In this document: piece by piece, positions 35,476-46,171 of the stretch | Numbering within the stretch: the stretch's first letter is position 1 | Layout of the letters: each line of letters starts with the position of its first letter | Assembly: GCF_028690125.1 (NCBI RefSeq) | Contig: NZ_JAQVBV010000030.1 | Span: forward strand, 2,392-66,391 | Origin: Bacteroides sp. | Lineage (GTDB): Bacteria; Bacteroidota; Bacteroidia; Bacteroidales; Bacteroidaceae | Direction of reading: 5' to 3' | DNA length: 64,000 bases | The notes under the pieces: model-generated | What the model was told of the DNA's origin: nothing | Seen by the model: only the letters and a program-made list of their open reading frames with translations | The model's database searches: none | Program-made: the position numbers and the translations under genes

Positions 35476-36894
35476 ATGATTGAATCAAATCATGCCGTGC
35501 TTTGGAACCGCTGTCTCAATATCATAAAAGACAATGTTCCCGAAACGACATATAATACGTGGTTTGCCCCCATCGTTCCATTAAAATATGAGGACAAAAC
35601 ATTAATCGTACAGATCCCAAGCCAGTTTTTCTATGAGATACTGGAAGAAAAATTCGTGGACTTGTTACGAAAAACATTATATAAAGCCATTGGCGAAGGC
35701 ACTAAGTTGATGTATAATGTCATGGTGGACAAAACTTCGATTCCGAATCAGACCGTGAATCTCGAAGCAAGCAATCGTTCTACAGCTGTCACTCCCAAAA
35801 GTATTACTGATGGTAATAAAGCGCCAAATTTCCTGAAAGCTCCTGTTATTCAGGATTTAGATCCACATTTGAATCCGAACTATAATTTTGAGAATTTCAT
35901 TGAGGGTTATAGTAATAAACTTTCCAGAAGTGTAGCCGAGGCGGTTGCACAAAAGCCTGCGGGCACAGCCTTCAATCCATTATTCCTTCATGGTTCTTCT
36001 GGTGTGGGGAAAACCCATTTAGCAAATGCAATCGGAACTAAAATTAAAGAATTATATCCCGAGAAAAGAGTATTGTATGTTTCAGCACATCTGTTTCAGG
36101 TACAATATACAGACTCAGTACGTAATAACACTACCAATGACTTTATCAACTTCTACCAAACAATTGATGTCTTAATCATTGATGATATTCAGGAATTTGC
36201 CGGAATGACCAGAACGCAAAATACATTCTTCCATATCTTCAATCATCTGCACCAGAATGGAAAACAATTGATATTGACCTCTGACCGTGCTCCTATCTTA
36301 TTGCAGGGTATGGAAGACCGTCTGCTTACGCGTTTTAAATGGGGTATGGTAGCAGAGCTTGAGAAACCGACTGTGGAATTACGCAAAAATATCTTACGAA
36401 ACAAGATACACCGTGACGGATTACAATTTCCATCGGAAGTTATTGATTACATTGCAGAGAATGTGAACGAAAGTGTGCGTGACTTGGAGGGTATTGTTAT
36501 CGCCATCATGGCGCGTTCTACTATTTTCAATAAGGAGATAGATTTAGACTTGGCACAACATATTGTGCATGGGGTAGTTCACAATGAAACTAAAGCAATT
36601 ACAATTGATGATATCCTCAAAGTAGTGTGTAAGCACTTCGATCTGGAAGCGTCAGCTATCCACACTAAATCCAGAAAAAGAGAAGTGGTTCAAGCGCGTC
36701 AGATTGCTATGTACCTAGCTAAAAATCACACAGACTTCTCAACTTCAAAGATTGGTAAGTTCATTGGAAACAAGGATCATGCAACAGTGCTTCATGCCTG
36801 CAAAACTGTAAAGGGACAGTTAGAGGTAGACAAAAGTTTCCACGCAGAAGTAGATGAAATCGAATCGCTACTAAAAAAAAGAAATAAAGAATAA
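35476..36894 (+). CDS. dnaA: Chromosomal replication initiator protein DnaA
   Basis: Walker [18 protein letters not shown], sensor motifs and the C-terminal domain [15 protein letters not shown]...DHATVLHA. Confidence 0.98.
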   Translation: MIESNHAVLWNRCLNIIKDNVPETTYNTWFAPIVPLKYEDKTLIVQIPSQFFYEILEEKFVDLLRKTLYKAIGEGTKLMYNVMVDKTSIPNQTVNLEASNRSTAVTPKSITDGNKAPNFLKAPVIQDLDPHLNPNYNFENFIEGYSNKLSRSVAEAVAQKPAGTAFNPLFLHGSSGVGKTHLANAIGTKIKELYPEKRVLYVSAHLFQVQYTDSVRNNTTNDFINFYQTIDVLIIDDIQEFAGMTRTQNTFFHIFNHLHQNGKQLILTSDRAPILLQGMEDRLLTRFKWGMVAELEKPTVELRKNILRNKIHRDGLQFPSEVIDYIAENVNESVRDLEGIVIAIMARSTIFNKEIDLDLAQHIVHGVVHNETKAITIDDILKVVCKHFDLEASAIHTKSRKREVVQARQIAMYLAKNHTDFSTSKIGKFIGNKDHATVLHACKTVKGQLEVDKSFHAEVDEIESLLKKRNKE

Positions 36895-36907
36895 ATAAGT
36901 AATAAAA

Positions 36908-36962
36908 TATTTAGGCACGGAAATATAATTCTTCAGTTTTTTATATTATCCGTGCCTAAATA
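36908..36962. terminator. 14-bp inverted repeat hairpin between convergent dnaA and the nitroreductase gene
   Basis: TATTTAGGCACGGA (36908-36921) pairs with TCCGTGCCTAAATA (36949-36962). Confidence 0.65.
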
Positions 36963-37002
36963 TTACAGAAATGCCACAAGTAAATACTGTCCTACCTGAT
37001 TC

Positions 37003-37761
37003 TTATTTCAGAAATCCTTGCTGACGAAGTACCTTTAACAAATTCTCGGACATAAATTCATTATCCTTCTTCGTATAACGAACGTCTGTAAAAACCTGAG
37101 CCAGAGTTTTCTTCTTATTTTCTTCTACAAATTGTTTATTTTCCTGCAGCGACTCCCTATAAGTATATATTTGGTTAATATCCTCTGGAGTATAGTCATG
37201 GAACACTTCCTGGTGCACAGTTGCTTCTAAAGGCAAACGATCAACCTGTGCAGGAATACCGTCAGGATAACCTACCGTTATCGTTGTAATAGGAAATACC
37301 AACTCCGGCAACTGAAGGGTATCAATAATCATTTGGGGATTGTAAGTAGTCGTTCCTAAATAACAGATACCCAGCCCAGCCTCTTCTGCCAATGTACAGA
37401 AAGTCTGTGCAACGAGCAAAGTATCCATTGATGCATTCATAAAAGACATTAAATTATTATATCCCGGCACTGCATTCCGTTGTTCGCACCATTTACTAAA
37501 ACGTCGGATATCCGCACAAAAAGTAAGCACAACCGGTGCATTTTTTACCATGGGCTGATTAAAATGAGCAGGAGAAAGTTTCTCTTTCATTTCAGCATCA
37601 CGAGTCACAATTATACTATAAAGTTGCATCCCTCCCATCGTAGAAGCACGGAAAGAGGTTTCGAGCAAATCATTTAACATTTTAGGAGCGATATCTTTAA
37701 GAAGATATTGCCGGATAGTTCTTCTATTCTTTACGGTCTCAAACATATCTTTTTTTTGCAA
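37003..37761 (-). CDS. Nitroreductase-family NAD(P)H oxidoreductase
   Basis: RRTIRQY N-terminal motif and nitroreductase-fold length. The start could instead be the internal MFETV. Confidence 0.85.
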   Translation of the reverse strand: MQKKDMFETVKNRRTIRQYLLKDIAPKMLNDLLETSFRASTMGGMQLYSIIVTRDAEMKEKLSPAHFNQPMVKNAPVVLTFCADIRRFSKWCEQRNAVPGYNNLMSFMNASMDTLLVAQTFCTLAEEAGLGICYLGTTTYNPQMIIDTLQLPELVFPITTITVGYPDGIPAQVDRLPLEATVHQEVFHDYTPEDINQIYTYRESLQENKQFVEENKKKTLAQVFTDVRYTKKDNEFMSENLLKVLRQQGFLK

Positions 37762-37948
37762 AGATAGAAAAAGAAAAAATTATTTCGTCACATCAATGAA
37801 AAAGATTAATTTTCTTTTTGGAGAACTTTAGGCATTGAACAAAAACATAATTTCATTGTTAATCAAATACTTAACATTAACAAACAGTAAACTTGCAACC
37901 TGTTAATAAAATATTTCATTTTTACTTTGATAGATGAAAAAACATTCT

Positions 37949-37956
37949 TAGCTTTG
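37949..37956 (+). promoter_or_regulatory. Bacteroides -7 promoter box TAGCTTTG for the RNR gene
   Basis: Matches TAnnTTTG, 53 nt upstream of the ATG at 38009. Confidence 0.55.
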
Positions 37957-38008
37957 CACCCACGTTTGTTAATGATAAGTAAGCTTCTACAAATTACTTA
38001 TTAAAATA

Positions 38009-40576
38009 ATGAAATCTAAGACACATTGCATCGTGGAAAAACTAATTTATTCTTATGATGAAGCCTTTGAAGAATCTTTACGATATTTTCAGGGTGACGA
38101 GTTGGCTGCCAGGGTATGGGTGAATAAATACGCAGTCAAAGACTCTTTCGGAAATATTTACGAGAAGTCTCCGGAAGATATGCATTGGAGAATTGCCAAT
38201 GAAGTAGCACGAATTGAAGCAAAGTATTCGAACGCTTTAAGTGCACAGGAACTTTATGATTTACTAGATCATTTCAAATACATCGTTCCTCAGGGAAGCC
38301 CAATGACAGGTATAGGTAACGACTATCAGGTAGCTTCGTTATCCAATTGTTTTGTAATCGGTGTAGATGGTTCTGCAGATTCTTATGGTGCAATTATTAA
38401 AATTGACGAGGAACAGGTTCAATTGATGAAAAGACGCGGAGGCGTAGGACATGACTTGTCACATATCCGTCCTAAAGGATCACCCGTTAAAAACTCAGCA
38501 CTTACTTCTACAGGCCTTGTTCCTTTCATGGAACGTTATTCCAATTCTACACGTGAAGTAGCACAAGACGGACGCCGTGGGGCATTGATGTTAAGTGTCT
38601 CCATCAAGCATCCGGATTCAGAAGCTTTCATTGATGCAAAGATGACTGAAGGTAAAGTAACCGGAGCCAATGTTTCTGTAAAATTGGATGATGCTTTCAT
38701 GCAGGCTGCTGTCGAAGGGAAACCTTATATTCAACAATATCCGATTGATGCTGTCAATCCGACTACGACTAAAGAGATAGATGCTTCTACATTATGGAAA
38801 AAAATTGTGCACAATGCATGGAAATCAGCCGAGCCGGGTGTATTATTCTGGGACACTATCCTCCGCGAATCAGTACCAGATTGTTATGCTGATTTAGGTT
38901 ACAAAACTGTATCTACTAACCCTTGTGGTGAAATACCATTGTGTCCATATGATTCCTGCCGCTTGTTGGCTATCAATCTATATTCATATGTAGTAAATCC
39001 ATTCAAAGCAGATGCTTATTTTGACTTCGAGCTCTTCAAGAAACACGTCGCCTTGGCTCAACGCATTATGGACGATATTATCGATCTCGAACTGGAAAAA
39101 ATTGAGCGTATTATGCACAAAATCGAGGCAGATCCGGAAACAGAAGAGGTGAAACGTGCTGAACTCGTACTGTGGGAAAAGATTTATAAAAAAAGTGGTC
39201 AAGGCCGGCGTACCGGGGTAGGAATTACTGCAGAAGGCGATATGCTTGCAGCATTAGGATTGCGTTACAGCACAGAAGAAGCTACAGAGTTTTCTGAAAA
39301 AGTACATAAGACTGTCGCACTCGGTGCTTACCGCTCTTCTGTAGAAATGGCGAAAGAACGTGGTGCTTTTGAAGTTTATGACAGCGAACGCGAAAAAAAT
39401 AATCCATTCATTCAACGTCTGGCTGAAGCAGACCCGGAACTGTATGAAGATATGAAAAAGTATGGACGTCGTAATATTGCGTGTCTGACAATCGCTCCTA
39501 CAGGTACTACCAGTTTGATGACACAGACTACTTCGGGCATTGAACCGGTATTTTTGCCTGTTTACAAACGTAGAAGAAAAGTTAATCCAAATGATACAAA
39601 TGTACGCATTGATTTCGTTGATGAAACGGGTGACGCATTTGAAGAATATATTGTATTCCACCATAAGTTTGTGACATGGATGGAAGCTAACGGATATAAT
39701 CCTTCTAAGCACTATACTCAGGAAGAAATTGATGAACTTGTTGCCAAATCTCCTTATTATAAAGCCACTTCCAACGATGTAGATTGGTTGATGAAGGTGA
39801 AGATGCAAGGAAAAATTCAAAAATGGGTAGACCATTCCATCAGTGTAACCATCAATCTGCCGAATGATGTAGATGAAGATCTAGTAAATCGTCTATATGT
39901 GGAAGCTTGGAAATCCGGTTGTAAAGGATGTACCGTTTATCGTGACGGTTCACGTTCAGGTGTACTAATTTCTACCAAATCTGATAAAGACAAGAAAGAA
40001 GAACTTCCTCCTTGTAAACCACCAACGGTAGTAGAAGTACGTCCTAGAGTATTAGAAGCAGATGTCGTTCGTTTCCAAAACAACAAGGACAAGTGGGTAG
40101 CATTTGTCGGATTATTGGACGGTCATCCATATGAGATCTTTACAGGTCTACAGGATGACGACGAAGGTATCTTGTTGCCAAAGAGCGTAACCTCCGGACG
40201 CATCATCAAGAATGTAGATGAAGATGGAAATAAACGTTACGACTTTCAATTTGAAAACAAACGTGGCTATAAAACAACGATTGAAGGTTTGTCAGAGAAA
40301 TTTAATAAGGAATACTGGAACTATGCAAAATTGATTTCCGGTGTACTCCGTTACAGGATGCCGATTGAACAAGTGATTAAGTTAGTCGGTTCATTGCAGT
40401 TGAACAGCGAAAGCATTAATACTTGGAAGAATGGCGTTGAACGGGCATTGAAAAAATACATTCAAGATGGAACAGAAGCCAGAGGCAAGAAATGTCCGAA
40501 TTGCGGCAACGAAACATTGGTTTATCAGGAAGGCTGTCTGATTTGTACCACTTGTGGTGCTTCCAGATGTGGATAA
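38009..40576 (+). CDS. nrdJ: Adenosylcobalamin-dependent (class II) ribonucleotide reductase with C-terminal Cys4 zinc ribbon
   Basis: Contains LSNCF and the TNPCGEIPL catalytic-loop motif. 855 aa. The tail is CPNCGN...CLICTTCG. Confidence 0.9.
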   Translation: MKSKTHCIVEKLIYSYDEAFEESLRYFQGDELAARVWVNKYAVKDSFGNIYEKSPEDMHWRIANEVARIEAKYSNALSAQELYDLLDHFKYIVPQGSPMTGIGNDYQVASLSNCFVIGVDGSADSYGAIIKIDEEQVQLMKRRGGVGHDLSHIRPKGSPVKNSALTSTGLVPFMERYSNSTREVAQDGRRGALMLSVSIKHPDSEAFIDAKMTEGKVTGANVSVKLDDAFMQAAVEGKPYIQQYPIDAVNPTTTKEIDASTLWKKIVHNAWKSAEPGVLFWDTILRESVPDCYADLGYKTVSTNPCGEIPLCPYDSCRLLAINLYSYVVNPFKADAYFDFELFKKHVALAQRIMDDIIDLELEKIERIMHKIEADPETEEVKRAELVLWEKIYKKSGQGRRTGVGITAEGDMLAALGLRYSTEEATEFSEKVHKTVALGAYRSSVEMAKERGAFEVYDSEREKNNPFIQRLAEADPELYEDMKKYGRRNIACLTIAPTGTTSLMTQTTSGIEPVFLPVYKRRRKVNPNDTNVRIDFVDETGDAFEEYIVFHHKFVTWMEANGYNPSKHYTQEEIDELVAKSPYYKATSNDVDWLMKVKMQGKIQKWVDHSISVTINLPNDVDEDLVNRLYVEAWKSGCKGCTVYRDGSRSGVLISTKSDKDKKEELPPCKPPTVVEVRPRVLEADVVRFQNNKDKWVAFVGLLDGHPYEIFTGLQDDDEGILLPKSVTSGRIIKNVDEDGNKRYDFQFENKRGYKTTIEGLSEKFNKEYWNYAKLISGVLRYRMPIEQVIKLVGSLQLNSESINTWKNGVERALKKYIQDGTEARGKKCPNCGNETLVYQEGCLICTTCGASRCG

Positions 40577-40615
40577 TCCTCTGATGTATGTTAATTAATA
40601 TATAAACAAAAGGTT

Positions 40616-40650
40616 AAAAGGAGTCCTTCAAGGCTCCTTTTATTTTTTAT
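40616..40650 (+). terminator. Rho-independent terminator after the RNR gene
   Basis: AAAAGGAGTCCTT pairs with AAGGCTCCTTTT (one bulge), followed by a TATTTTTTAT run. Confidence 0.75.
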
Positions 40651-40708
40651 TCAAAAAGAAAATCTTATACTTGCACCTTCATAGATATATCGAATCAAAA
40701 TCTAATTT

Positions 40709-43390
40709 ATGAATCTATCATTTAATATCGAATACCGCACCAACTGGGGGGAAGAAGTAAGGATTGCAGGATTGTTTCCTGAATCCATCCCCATGCACAC
40801 AACGGATGGCATATATTGGACAGCGGAAATTGAACTCGATGTCCCCAATGAAAGAATAACTATAAGCTATAGTTACCAAATAGAGCAAAATGGAGTAGTA
40901 ACGCGCAAAGAATGGAACAGTTTTCCGCGACAACTACATTTGTCGGGTGTAGCCCAAAAAAAATACATAATCAATGACAATTGGAAAAATATCCCCGAAC
41001 AACTCTATTTTTACAGTTCTGCTTTTACAGAAGTTTTATTGGCACATCCTTTAAAAGCAGAGATTCCTATTGGCTATAAAAAAGGATTGATTATCAAAGC
41101 CTATGCTCCACGTATAAACAATGAATATTGCCTTGCTATCTGCGGTAACCAAAAAGCGTTAGGAAATTGGAATCCGGAGCAAGCTGTCCTCATGAGTGAT
41201 GCAAATTTTCCTGAATGGCAGATAGAACTGGATGCAAGCAAATTAAAGTTTCCGCTGGAGTATAAATTTGTTCTTTATCATAAGGGAGAAAAAAGAGCAG
41301 ATTGCTGGGAGAACAATCCCAATCGCTATCTTGCCGATCCCGAGTTGAAGATCAATGAGACATTAGTTATTTCGGATCGCTATGCCTATTTCGACACACC
41401 AGTATGGAAAGGAGCAGGTATAGCCATACCCATCTTTTCCCTGAAATCAGAAAAGAGTTTTGGCGTAGGAGATTTTGGTGATCTAAAAGGTATGATTGAC
41501 TGGGCTGTCAGTACCAACCAAAAGATAATACAGATTCTGCCCATCAATGATACAACTATGACTCACAAGTGGACGGATTCTTATCCTTATAACAGCATTT
41601 CCATTTATGCTTTCCACCCGATGTACGCGGACATTGCTCAAATGGGAACATTAAAGGATAAAATCACTATGTCTCAATTCAATAAGCGGCAAAAAGAGTT
41701 GAATAGCTTACCGGCTATTGATTACGAAGCTGTCAATCAGGCTAAATGGGATTTTTTCCGTCTCATCTTTCAACAGGAAGGAGAGAAAGTATTAGCTTCC
41801 AACAACTTCAAAGAGTTTTTCAGCATTAACAAAGAATGGCTACAGCCTTATGCCGTATTCAGTTATTTGCGAGACACTTACAAGACTCCTAATTTTCGTA
41901 AGTGGGCTAAATATTCGGTTTACAATCAGCAAGAAATAGAGATGATATGCCAACCTGAATCAATAGATTATCCACATATCACCCTCTATTATTATATTCA
42001 ATATCATCTGCACCTGCAATTGCAGTCCGCGACGAAATATGCCCGTGAACACGGAGTTGTATTGAAAGGAGATATTCCAATCGGGATTAGCCGCAATAGT
42101 GTTGAAGCATGGACAGAACGTCACTACTTCAATCTCAACGGACAGGCAGGAGCTCCTCCCGATGACTTTTCGGTAAACGGACAAAACTGGGGATTCCCTA
42201 CATACAATTGGGATATCATGGAAAAAGATGGCTATCGTTGGTGGATGAAACGCTTCCAGAAGATGGCAGAATATTTTGATGCTTACCGCATTGACCACAT
42301 TCTCGGTTTCTTCCGCATCTGGGAAATACCTATGCATGCTGTACATGGATTATTAGGTCAATTCGTTCCTTCTCTCCCCATGAGCAGGGAAGAAATTGAA
42401 AGTTACGGCTTTCCCTTTCGCAAAGAATATCTGTCGCCTTATATTCACGAATCATTTCTCGGACAATTATTCGGTCCGCATACTGAATATGTAAAAGGAA
42501 CATTTATTCAACCTACAGATACCCCTGATATCTATTCTATGAAACCGGGATTTCGGACACAGAGGGAAGTAGAAACGTTTTTTACTGGAAAGAATGATGA
42601 AGACAGTGTATGGATTCGTGAAGGACTTTATACATTAATCAGTGACGTTTTGTTTGTTCCGGACATTAAAGAGGAAGGAAAATATCATCCACGAATCAGT
42701 GTACAGCGTGATTTTATTTTCCGTTCACTGAATCAAGAAGAAAAGAATGCCTTCAACAAGTTATACGATCAATATTACTATCATCGTCACAATGAATTCT
42801 GGCAACAACAAGCTATGAAAAAGCTGCCACAGCTTACTCAATCTACCCGGATGCTAGTTTGCGGAGAAGACCTTGGGATGATTCCTGCTTGTGTCGCATC
42901 AGTCATGAATGATCTTCGTATTCTTAGTCTTGAAATCCAACGAATGCCTAAAAAACCAATGTATGAATTCGGTCATCTAGACGAATACCCGTATCGCTCA
43001 GTTTGTACGATCTCTACGCATGATATGTCTACTTTACGTGGCTGGTGGGAAGAAGATTACCAGCAAACACAACGCTATTACAACTCGATATTGGGGCATT
43101 ATGGTGCAGCTCCTTCTGTTGCAGCTCCTGGACTATGTGAAGAAGTAGTACGTAATCATTTGAGCAGCAACTCTCTACTTTGCATTCTATCTTTACAGGA
43201 TTGGTTGTCTATCGACGGAAAATGGAGAAATCCGAACGTGGAAGAAGAACGGATTAATATACCGTCCAACCCTCGAAATTATTGGCGTTATCGCATGAAT
43301 ATCACTTTAGAGCAACTGATGACAGCCGATGAACTTAATAAGAAAATATGTGAACTCATTAAATACACAGGTAGAAATCCAAAGAAGTAA
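40709..43390 (+). CDS. malQ: 4-alpha-glucanotransferase (GH77 amylomaltase) with N-terminal CBM20-like starch-binding modules
   Basis: 893 aa. GH77 motifs YRIDHILGFFRIWEIP, GEDLGMIP and STHDMSTLRGWW. Two N-terminal beta-sandwich-like repeats. Confidence 0.9.
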   Translation: MNLSFNIEYRTNWGEEVRIAGLFPESIPMHTTDGIYWTAEIELDVPNERITISYSYQIEQNGVVTRKEWNSFPRQLHLSGVAQKKYIINDNWKNIPEQLYFYSSAFTEVLLAHPLKAEIPIGYKKGLIIKAYAPRINNEYCLAICGNQKALGNWNPEQAVLMSDANFPEWQIELDASKLKFPLEYKFVLYHKGEKRADCWENNPNRYLADPELKINETLVISDRYAYFDTPVWKGAGIAIPIFSLKSEKSFGVGDFGDLKGMIDWAVSTNQKIIQILPINDTTMTHKWTDSYPYNSISIYAFHPMYADIAQMGTLKDKITMSQFNKRQKELNSLPAIDYEAVNQAKWDFFRLIFQQEGEKVLASNNFKEFFSINKEWLQPYAVFSYLRDTYKTPNFRKWAKYSVYNQQEIEMICQPESIDYPHITLYYYIQYHLHLQLQSATKYAREHGVVLKGDIPIGISRNSVEAWTERHYFNLNGQAGAPPDDFSVNGQNWGFPTYNWDIMEKDGYRWWMKRFQKMAEYFDAYRIDHILGFFRIWEIPMHAVHGLLGQFVPSLPMSREEIESYGFPFRKEYLSPYIHESFLGQLFGPHTEYVKGTFIQPTDTPDIYSMKPGFRTQREVETFFTGKNDEDSVWIREGLYTLISDVLFVPDIKEEGKYHPRISVQRDFIFRSLNQEEKNAFNKLYDQYYYHRHNEFWQQQAMKKLPQLTQSTRMLVCGEDLGMIPACVASVMNDLRILSLEIQRMPKKPMYEFGHLDEYPYRSVCTISTHDMSTLRGWWEEDYQQTQRYYNSILGHYGAAPSVAAPGLCEEVVRNHLSSNSLLCILSLQDWLSIDGKWRNPNVEEERINIPSNPRNYWRYRMNITLEQLMTADELNKKICELIKYTGRNPKK

Positions 43391-43462
43391 AATATAAGGC
43401 AATCATTACATTAAACTTACAGGAAGTGCTTACAAATCAGTATTAAGTATTTTATAGGTTCG

Positions 43463-43510
43463 AGTTTCGTAAAATTCATATATTTTAAAATACATGAATT
43501 TTACGAAACT
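43463..43510. terminator. Perfect 17-bp palindromic hairpin downstream of malQ
   Basis: AGTTTCGTAAAATTCAT (43463-43479) pairs with ATGAATTTTACGAAACT (43494-43510). No clear T run follows. Confidence 0.5.
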
Positions 43511-43693
43511 TGCACTTTAAATAGTTCCAGTCTCACTCCTATTTCACTCTAAGTAATCTCTTATTCATTCCATACAATTTTTTAATTTTTCCTGACGAGA
43601 TAAATATCAGAAATAATCATAATGCACAAATTAATGCAGACAATCTAAATCATTTATTTTCTTCCATTTCATATTTATTCCCAATTAATCAAG

Positions 43694-43701
43694 TATCTTT
43701 G
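43694..43701 (+). promoter_or_regulatory. Bacteroides -7 promoter box TATCTTTG
   Basis: Matches TAnnTTTG, 29 nt upstream of the ATG at 43730. Confidence 0.55.
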
Positions 43702-43729
43702 CAACTGAAACAAAACAAAGGGAAACTTA

Positions 43730-44764
43730 ATGGGAGACAAGAAACACGAACGCATTGATTTTGTGGATCTAACGAAAGGAATTTGTATCATCCTAGTAGT
43801 TATGTCACATATTGGGGGAGCTTTCGATCAGCTTGATTATAATTCCATGTTATCATGTTTCCGTATGCCTCTCTACTTCTTTATTTCAGGTATTTTCTTT
43901 AAATCCTATGAAGGATTGTTTGGCTTTGTTATTAGAAAAATAAACAAACTAATCATCCCCTTTGCCTTTTTCTATTTAAGTTCATTTCTCCTAAAATATA
44001 TTGTTTGGAAAATAGCTCCCGAAACATTCCATCTTCCTGTATTATGGAAAGAATTGCTGATTGTTTTTGATGGACATGATCTCATTCGATTCAATCCTCC
44101 GCTCTGGTTTCTGATTGCCTTATTCAATTGCAACATAGTATTCTATTTTATCCACTTTCTACGTGACAAACATTTATCTATCATGTTTTTATCAACTTTG
44201 CTAATAGGGGGCATCGGATTTTATCTGGGAAAACAGCAAATCGTACTTCCTATGTATCTGGATGTCGCCATGACAGCATTGCCATTCTATGTTGCCGGTT
44301 TCTGGATTCGACGATACAACTTCTTTCTCTTTCCTCATCATCGTTTTGACAAAGTCATTCCTGTCTTTATATTATCAGCATTAGTCGTGATGTACTTCAC
44401 TGCTACTTCCATTGGCATGCGTACTAACAATTACCCGGGAAATTTTTTCGAAGTGTATATCGCGGCTTTTGCCGGAATATTCATAATTATGTTGTTATGT
44501 AAGAAAATAAAAAGGTTGGCTGTGATTTCATATTTAGGACGATATTCAATTATCACACTCAGTATCCATGCTCCTATCTTACACTTCGTCAGTCCATTAC
44601 TGGGACATTATATTCATAATAGTTGGGTACAGGCTATTCTACTATTGTTACTGACGCTATTTATCTGCTTCCTACTGACTCCTGTTATTCTAAAAGTAAT
44701 GCCACAGTTAGTAGCACAAAAAGACTTACTAAAAATTAACTTCCACAAAAGGAACTCCTTGTAG
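43730..44764 (+). CDS. Acyltransferase family 3 (membrane O-acyltransferase)
   Basis: About 10 TM segments. The N-terminal RIDFVDLTKGICIILVVMSH motif is typical of the Acyl_transf_3 family. Confidence 0.85.
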   Translation: MGDKKHERIDFVDLTKGICIILVVMSHIGGAFDQLDYNSMLSCFRMPLYFFISGIFFKSYEGLFGFVIRKINKLIIPFAFFYLSSFLLKYIVWKIAPETFHLPVLWKELLIVFDGHDLIRFNPPLWFLIALFNCNIVFYFIHFLRDKHLSIMFLSTLLIGGIGFYLGKQQIVLPMYLDVAMTALPFYVAGFWIRRYNFFLFPHHRFDKVIPVFILSALVVMYFTATSIGMRTNNYPGNFFEVYIAAFAGIFIIMLLCKKIKRLAVISYLGRYSIITLSIHAPILHFVSPLLGHYIHNSWVQAILLLLLTLFICFLLTPVILKVMPQLVAQKDLLKINFHKRNSL

Positions 44765-45712
44765 TTTTGCAGCTCTTTTAGCAAAACCACTTTTATACAT
44801 TTTACCAGTCACTAGCAAATAGATCTTTTTAGAATGTGACAATACAAAGAAGTCGAGGAATGTTTTCATATGTACAGCAATACCCTGCTCTGATCCGTGG
44901 TCCATATGTCCTACTCTGCCCGGAAGCAAATAGACAAAATCCATTTTCGCTATTTCTTTGAGAAAATGTTCACTATCAGCCGTTACCAATATCTTATTTA
45001 CTTGGGGATGTGCATCATGCAAAGACTGAATTTTTGCTATACACTTATCAAGTAATGCTTTCTGTTCTTCTTGTGAATAAACAGTACTTCCATCGGCAAA
45101 GTCACCAAACAAGTTCTGGAAACGAAAACTCAATGAAATGTAATGGTTTCCAAGTTTAGACAAATTCTCATCAATCCACATTTGTAAGACAGGGGCCGGC
45201 TTAAAAAGTTGGCTGAACAAATATCCGAATTCATCATCTGCAAAATACATATTTGTATATACATGAATCTGCTTATAATCCTTACTTAACATTTTTTCCG
45301 CCATCTTACGCTGAAAGATCATATCAGCCTCCGGGTAATGACTCGAATCAATATATACAGGAAGTGAAAAGGATGAGTTATAAGAAATCTCATCATCACG
45401 AATTTCCCAATCATATGCATTGGGAACTAGCAAATCTCTTAATTCAAAAGGACTTGTAAAATGAATACGAAACTCCAGATTATGTTCCAAACAATACTTA
45501 TATGTCGAAACTATGCCGCGAAGACGATCTGCCAATCCACCATGCCTTTTGCGTCCGTCGGCCATGAAAATAATTATTTTCTTCTCATTCTTTCCGGCAG
45601 GAGCCTGTTCACTATAGTAAGGAGACAAATGTTTTTTCACCTTCCGATTCAGCCTATATTCACGATATAACAAATTGTTCAAATCTGATTTTATAAAGTC
45701 CTTCAGTCCCAT
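44729..45712 (-). CDS. Uncharacterised protein, possibly a GT-B fucosyltransferase-like glycosyltransferase
   Basis: 327 aa. IIIFMADGRKRHGGLADRLRGIVSTYKYC resembles the N-terminal GGLGNQ/GFGD motif of the GT11/GT23-type families. This is weak, motif-level evidence only. Confidence 0.5.
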   Translation of the reverse strand: MGLKDFIKSDLNNLLYREYRLNRKVKKHLSPYYSEQAPAGKNEKKIIIFMADGRKRHGGLADRLRGIVSTYKYCLEHNLEFRIHFTSPFELRDLLVPNAYDWEIRDDEISYNSSFSLPVYIDSSHYPEADMIFQRKMAEKMLSKDYKQIHVYTNMYFADDEFGYLFSQLFKPAPVLQMWIDENLSKLGNHYISLSFRFQNLFGDFADGSTVYSQEEQKALLDKCIAKIQSLHDAHPQVNKILVTADSEHFLKEIAKMDFVYLLPGRVGHMDHGSEQGIAVHMKTFLDFFVLSHSKKIYLLVTGKMYKSGFAKRAAKLQGVPFVEVNF

Positions 45713-45802
45713 AGAATTATATTATTAGCGAACAAAAATAGTGAAAATGTTCTATAAAAAGAAATAAAGCTTTACCTTTACTTCCACAGAAATAAAAAAA
45801 TT

Positions 45803-46171
45803 ATGAAAATAAACAGTAGCCATATCTTTTTAGAAAACGTCCGTTGTTACGCTTATCATGGCGTAGCAGCACAAGAGAATCTTATCGGGAATGAATATAT
45901 TATAAATTTGAAACTAAAAGTAGACATTAGCCAAGCGAGCACAACAGATGAGGTTCTGGATACAGTTAATTATGCCGAAGTATATGAAGTGATAAAAAAT
46001 GAAATGTCCATACCTTCCAAACTACTGGAACACGTATGCGGACGAATTGCCTCAAAACTTTTCGTAGTATTTCCTTGCATTGAAGAGTTAGAAATCAGCC
46101 TTTCTAAACGAAATCCTCCGATGGGAGCCGATATAGATGTAGCCGGAGTCACCTTACTTTGCAGCAGATAA
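45803..46171 (+). CDS. folB: Dihydroneopterin aldolase
   Basis: 122 aa. YAYHGV..E...G and TVNYAEVY motifs. Confidence 0.9.
   Translation: MKINSSHIFLENVRCYAYHGVAAQENLIGNEYIINLKLKVDISQASTTDEVLDTVNYAEVYEVIKNEMSIPSKLLEHVCGRIASKLFVVFPCIEELEISLSKRNPPMGADIDVAGVTLLCSR

Noticed and set aside
37762-38008. Possible cobalamin riboswitch or NrdR box upstream of the class II RNR gene
   Set aside because: I could not see a B12-box-like core or a paired NrdR palindrome. Only a -7 promoter box and AT-rich sequence are present.
39254-39835. 193-aa minus-strand ORF inside the RNR gene, and similar ORFs 38984..39202, 41960..42346 and 40718..40933
   Set aside because: They are antisense shadows within confidently identified nrdJ and malQ coding sequence.
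40568-40576. Exact DnaA-box 9-mers TGTGGATAA (40568-40576) and TTATCCACA (41968-41976)
   Set aside because: They are isolated single boxes inside the nrdJ stop region and malQ coding sequence, 5-6 kb from dnaA and not clustered. This is consistent with chance occurrence.
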